From: Scyliorhinus canicula
Lineage: Eukaryota
Length of the DNA stretch: 64,000 nt
Direction: 5' to 3'
Assembly (NCBI RefSeq): GCF_902713615.1
Contig: NC_052158.1
Span: 33,459,990-33,523,989, forward strand
The notes under the pieces are model-generated. The model made no database searches, had not been told where the DNA came from, and saw only the letters and a program-made list of their open reading frames with translations. Position numbers and translations under genes: made by a program. Shown here piece by piece: positions 63,482-64,000 of this stretch; the first letter of the stretch is position 1, and the number at the start of each line of letters is the position of its first letter.

Positions 63482-63666
63482 GGACCGGGTTCAGCACAGT
63501 GGATTCAATAGCTCTCTTGTAAAGTAGACCAAGTCCAGCAGCGCGGGTTCAATTCCCGTATCAGCCTCCCCGAACAGGCGCCTGAATGTGGCGACTCTGG
63601 GCTTTTCACAGTAACTTCATTTGAAGCCTACTTGTGACAAGAAGCGACTTTCAATTCATTTTATTT
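63482..63666 (+). mobile_element. tRNA-derived SINE, (TTTCA)-tail family
   Basis: Same family as 8514-8700. Confidence 0.8.
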
Positions 63667-64000
63667 GAACTAAAAACAAGATGCAAAAACTGACGAAAGT
63701 AGACCGTTGCTGAGTGTGACACAGAAGCAAGGAAAGAAGGCAGCAACAACCCGGTATTTTTCGGCAAAAAAAATGGGTGGGATTTTGGTGGCAGAAGCAT
63801 TATCTTGCCGTGTCGGCAGCGCACCCTTTCCTACAGGTGCCCTAGCAGTGTGGGAGAGCGTTCAAAAGAGAAATTCAATTCACAATAGAGCGGGAGTAGA
63901 GATTTCGGCCTCAGCGGATGGCCAGATAATTCTCCAATGTCGCTGGCAGCAGTAGCATACCGGTCTCGCAATGAGGAATCCAAGCCCACCTCTCTGATTG

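Noticed and set aside
1-64000. CRISPR arrays, rRNA or prokaryotic systems
   Set aside because: No repeat-spacer array or operon structure; the sequence is vertebrate genomic DNA.

Overview
Eukaryotic, repeat-dense DNA. HE1/V-SINE-type SINEs and HER1/CR1-type LINEs point to a shark or other elasmobranch (inference). Most of the window is decayed CR1, L1 and RTE LINEs, SINEs, and PIF/Harbinger transposons and MITEs. The genes form an interleaved GPCR cluster. There are two intact muscarinic M2-like receptor ORFs (32.8-34.1 kb and 54.9-56.3 kb, both +). There are also three paralogous first exons of a two-exon GPR139/GPR142-like family (2.9 kb -, 22.0 kb +, 38.5 kb +); only the last has a visible exon 2, and it is pseudogenised (45.2-46.1 kb). 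Main points: (i) M2-like copy 2 keeps an open frame, Asp3.32 and the Gi-coupling motif, but has a rewritten ligand pocket (W6.48L, N6.52F, T5.39I, N3.37S, C7.42V) plus E6.30G, suggesting a muscarinic-derived receptor with a new ligand. (ii) M2-like copy 1 has lost the shared ATG but can be rescued by an in-frame upstream exon whose homologue is dead in copy 2. (iii) The two receptor families alternate and have homologous flanks, consistent with birth-and-death expansion by genomic duplication. All homologies were judged by eye, and repeat boundaries are approximate unless a TSD or TIR is quoted.
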